Assembly: GCF_006345805.1 (NCBI RefSeq)
Contig: NC_042999.1
Location: forward strand, 42,532,001 to 42,596,000
Length of the DNA: 64,000 bases
Direction: 5' to 3'
Source: Octopus sinensis
Lineage: Eukaryota
A program made the translations under genes and the position numbers. Below, piece after piece: positions 63,613 to 64,000 of the stretch; positions within the stretch are counted from its first letter, which is position 1, and every line of letters begins with the position of its first letter. The notes beneath the pieces are model-generated. The model ran no database searches. It had not been told where the DNA came from and worked only from the letters and a program-made list of their open reading frames with translations.

Positions 63613-63932
63613 AATAAAAGGAATTCCAACCTTGTCTGATTTTCACGTTTGATTTACAATCTTATAATGATATAATATAAGATAATATAATATAATAGAA
63701 TAAAATAAAATAATTTTTGACTGTCAAAAATTGTGAAGCATGACTGTCACCGCTACTACATGAACCTGAAGATTGCATAATTTAATGCATGAAAGTACTA
63801 GTTCAATCAGAATGAACATTTAACATTCTACTATTTTATTTTATTCTATTATATTATATTATCTTATATTATATCATTATAAGATTGTAAATAAAACGTT
63901 AAAAATCAGACAAGGTTGGAATTCCTTTTATT
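63613..63932. repeat. About 100-bp-arm inverted repeat with 119-nt spacer
   Basis: Arms 63613-63712 and 63832-63932, with about 2 differences by eye. Confidence 0.92.
63761..63805 (+). ncRNA. Type I minimal hammerhead ribozyme motif, intact core
   Basis: TGAAC / CTGAAGA / T-TGCAT-AATTTA-ATGCA-T / GAAA / G-TA-C-T / A / GTTCA. Stem I is 5 bp, stem II is 5 bp, stem III is the palindrome AGTACT, and the cleavage triplet is CUA. Confidence 0.75.
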
Positions 63933-63934
63933 TG

Positions 63935-63980
<46 letters not shown>

Positions 63981-64000
63981 ATATATATATACACACACAT

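Overview
AT-rich animal genomic DNA saturated with microsatellites and SINEs. An octopus (coleoid cephalopod) origin is inferred from the repeat landscape and is not database-confirmed. The only host-gene content I can support is three phase-compatible minus-strand coding exons of a kinesin KIF6 orthologue (57072-57225, 43114-43368, 6087-6245). They encode the post-motor stalk, and the rest of the gene lies outside the window. Everything else is intronic: at least six tRNA-headed or otherwise SINE-like families, decayed LINE fragments (RTE, CR1, R4/Dong-like), a Penelope-like GIY-YIG fragment, mariner and piggyBac-type MITEs, Helentron-associated-like elements, and several young minisatellites or satellites. 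Two observations stand out. (1) The 13.7-kb intron 43369-57071 carries minor-spliceosome (U12) signals with probably non-canonical AT-AT termini, and it is bracketed by cryptic U2 GT/AG sites that would give a premature stop. (2) There are five unrelated hammerhead-ribozyme-like motifs of the Penelope minimal type: two with intact catalytic cores and three variant or decayed. Four of them are tied to fold-back inverted repeats, and most lie sense to the KIF6 pre-mRNA. Repeat boundaries are read by eye and are approximate unless exact bases are quoted. Family A-F labels are my own working labels.
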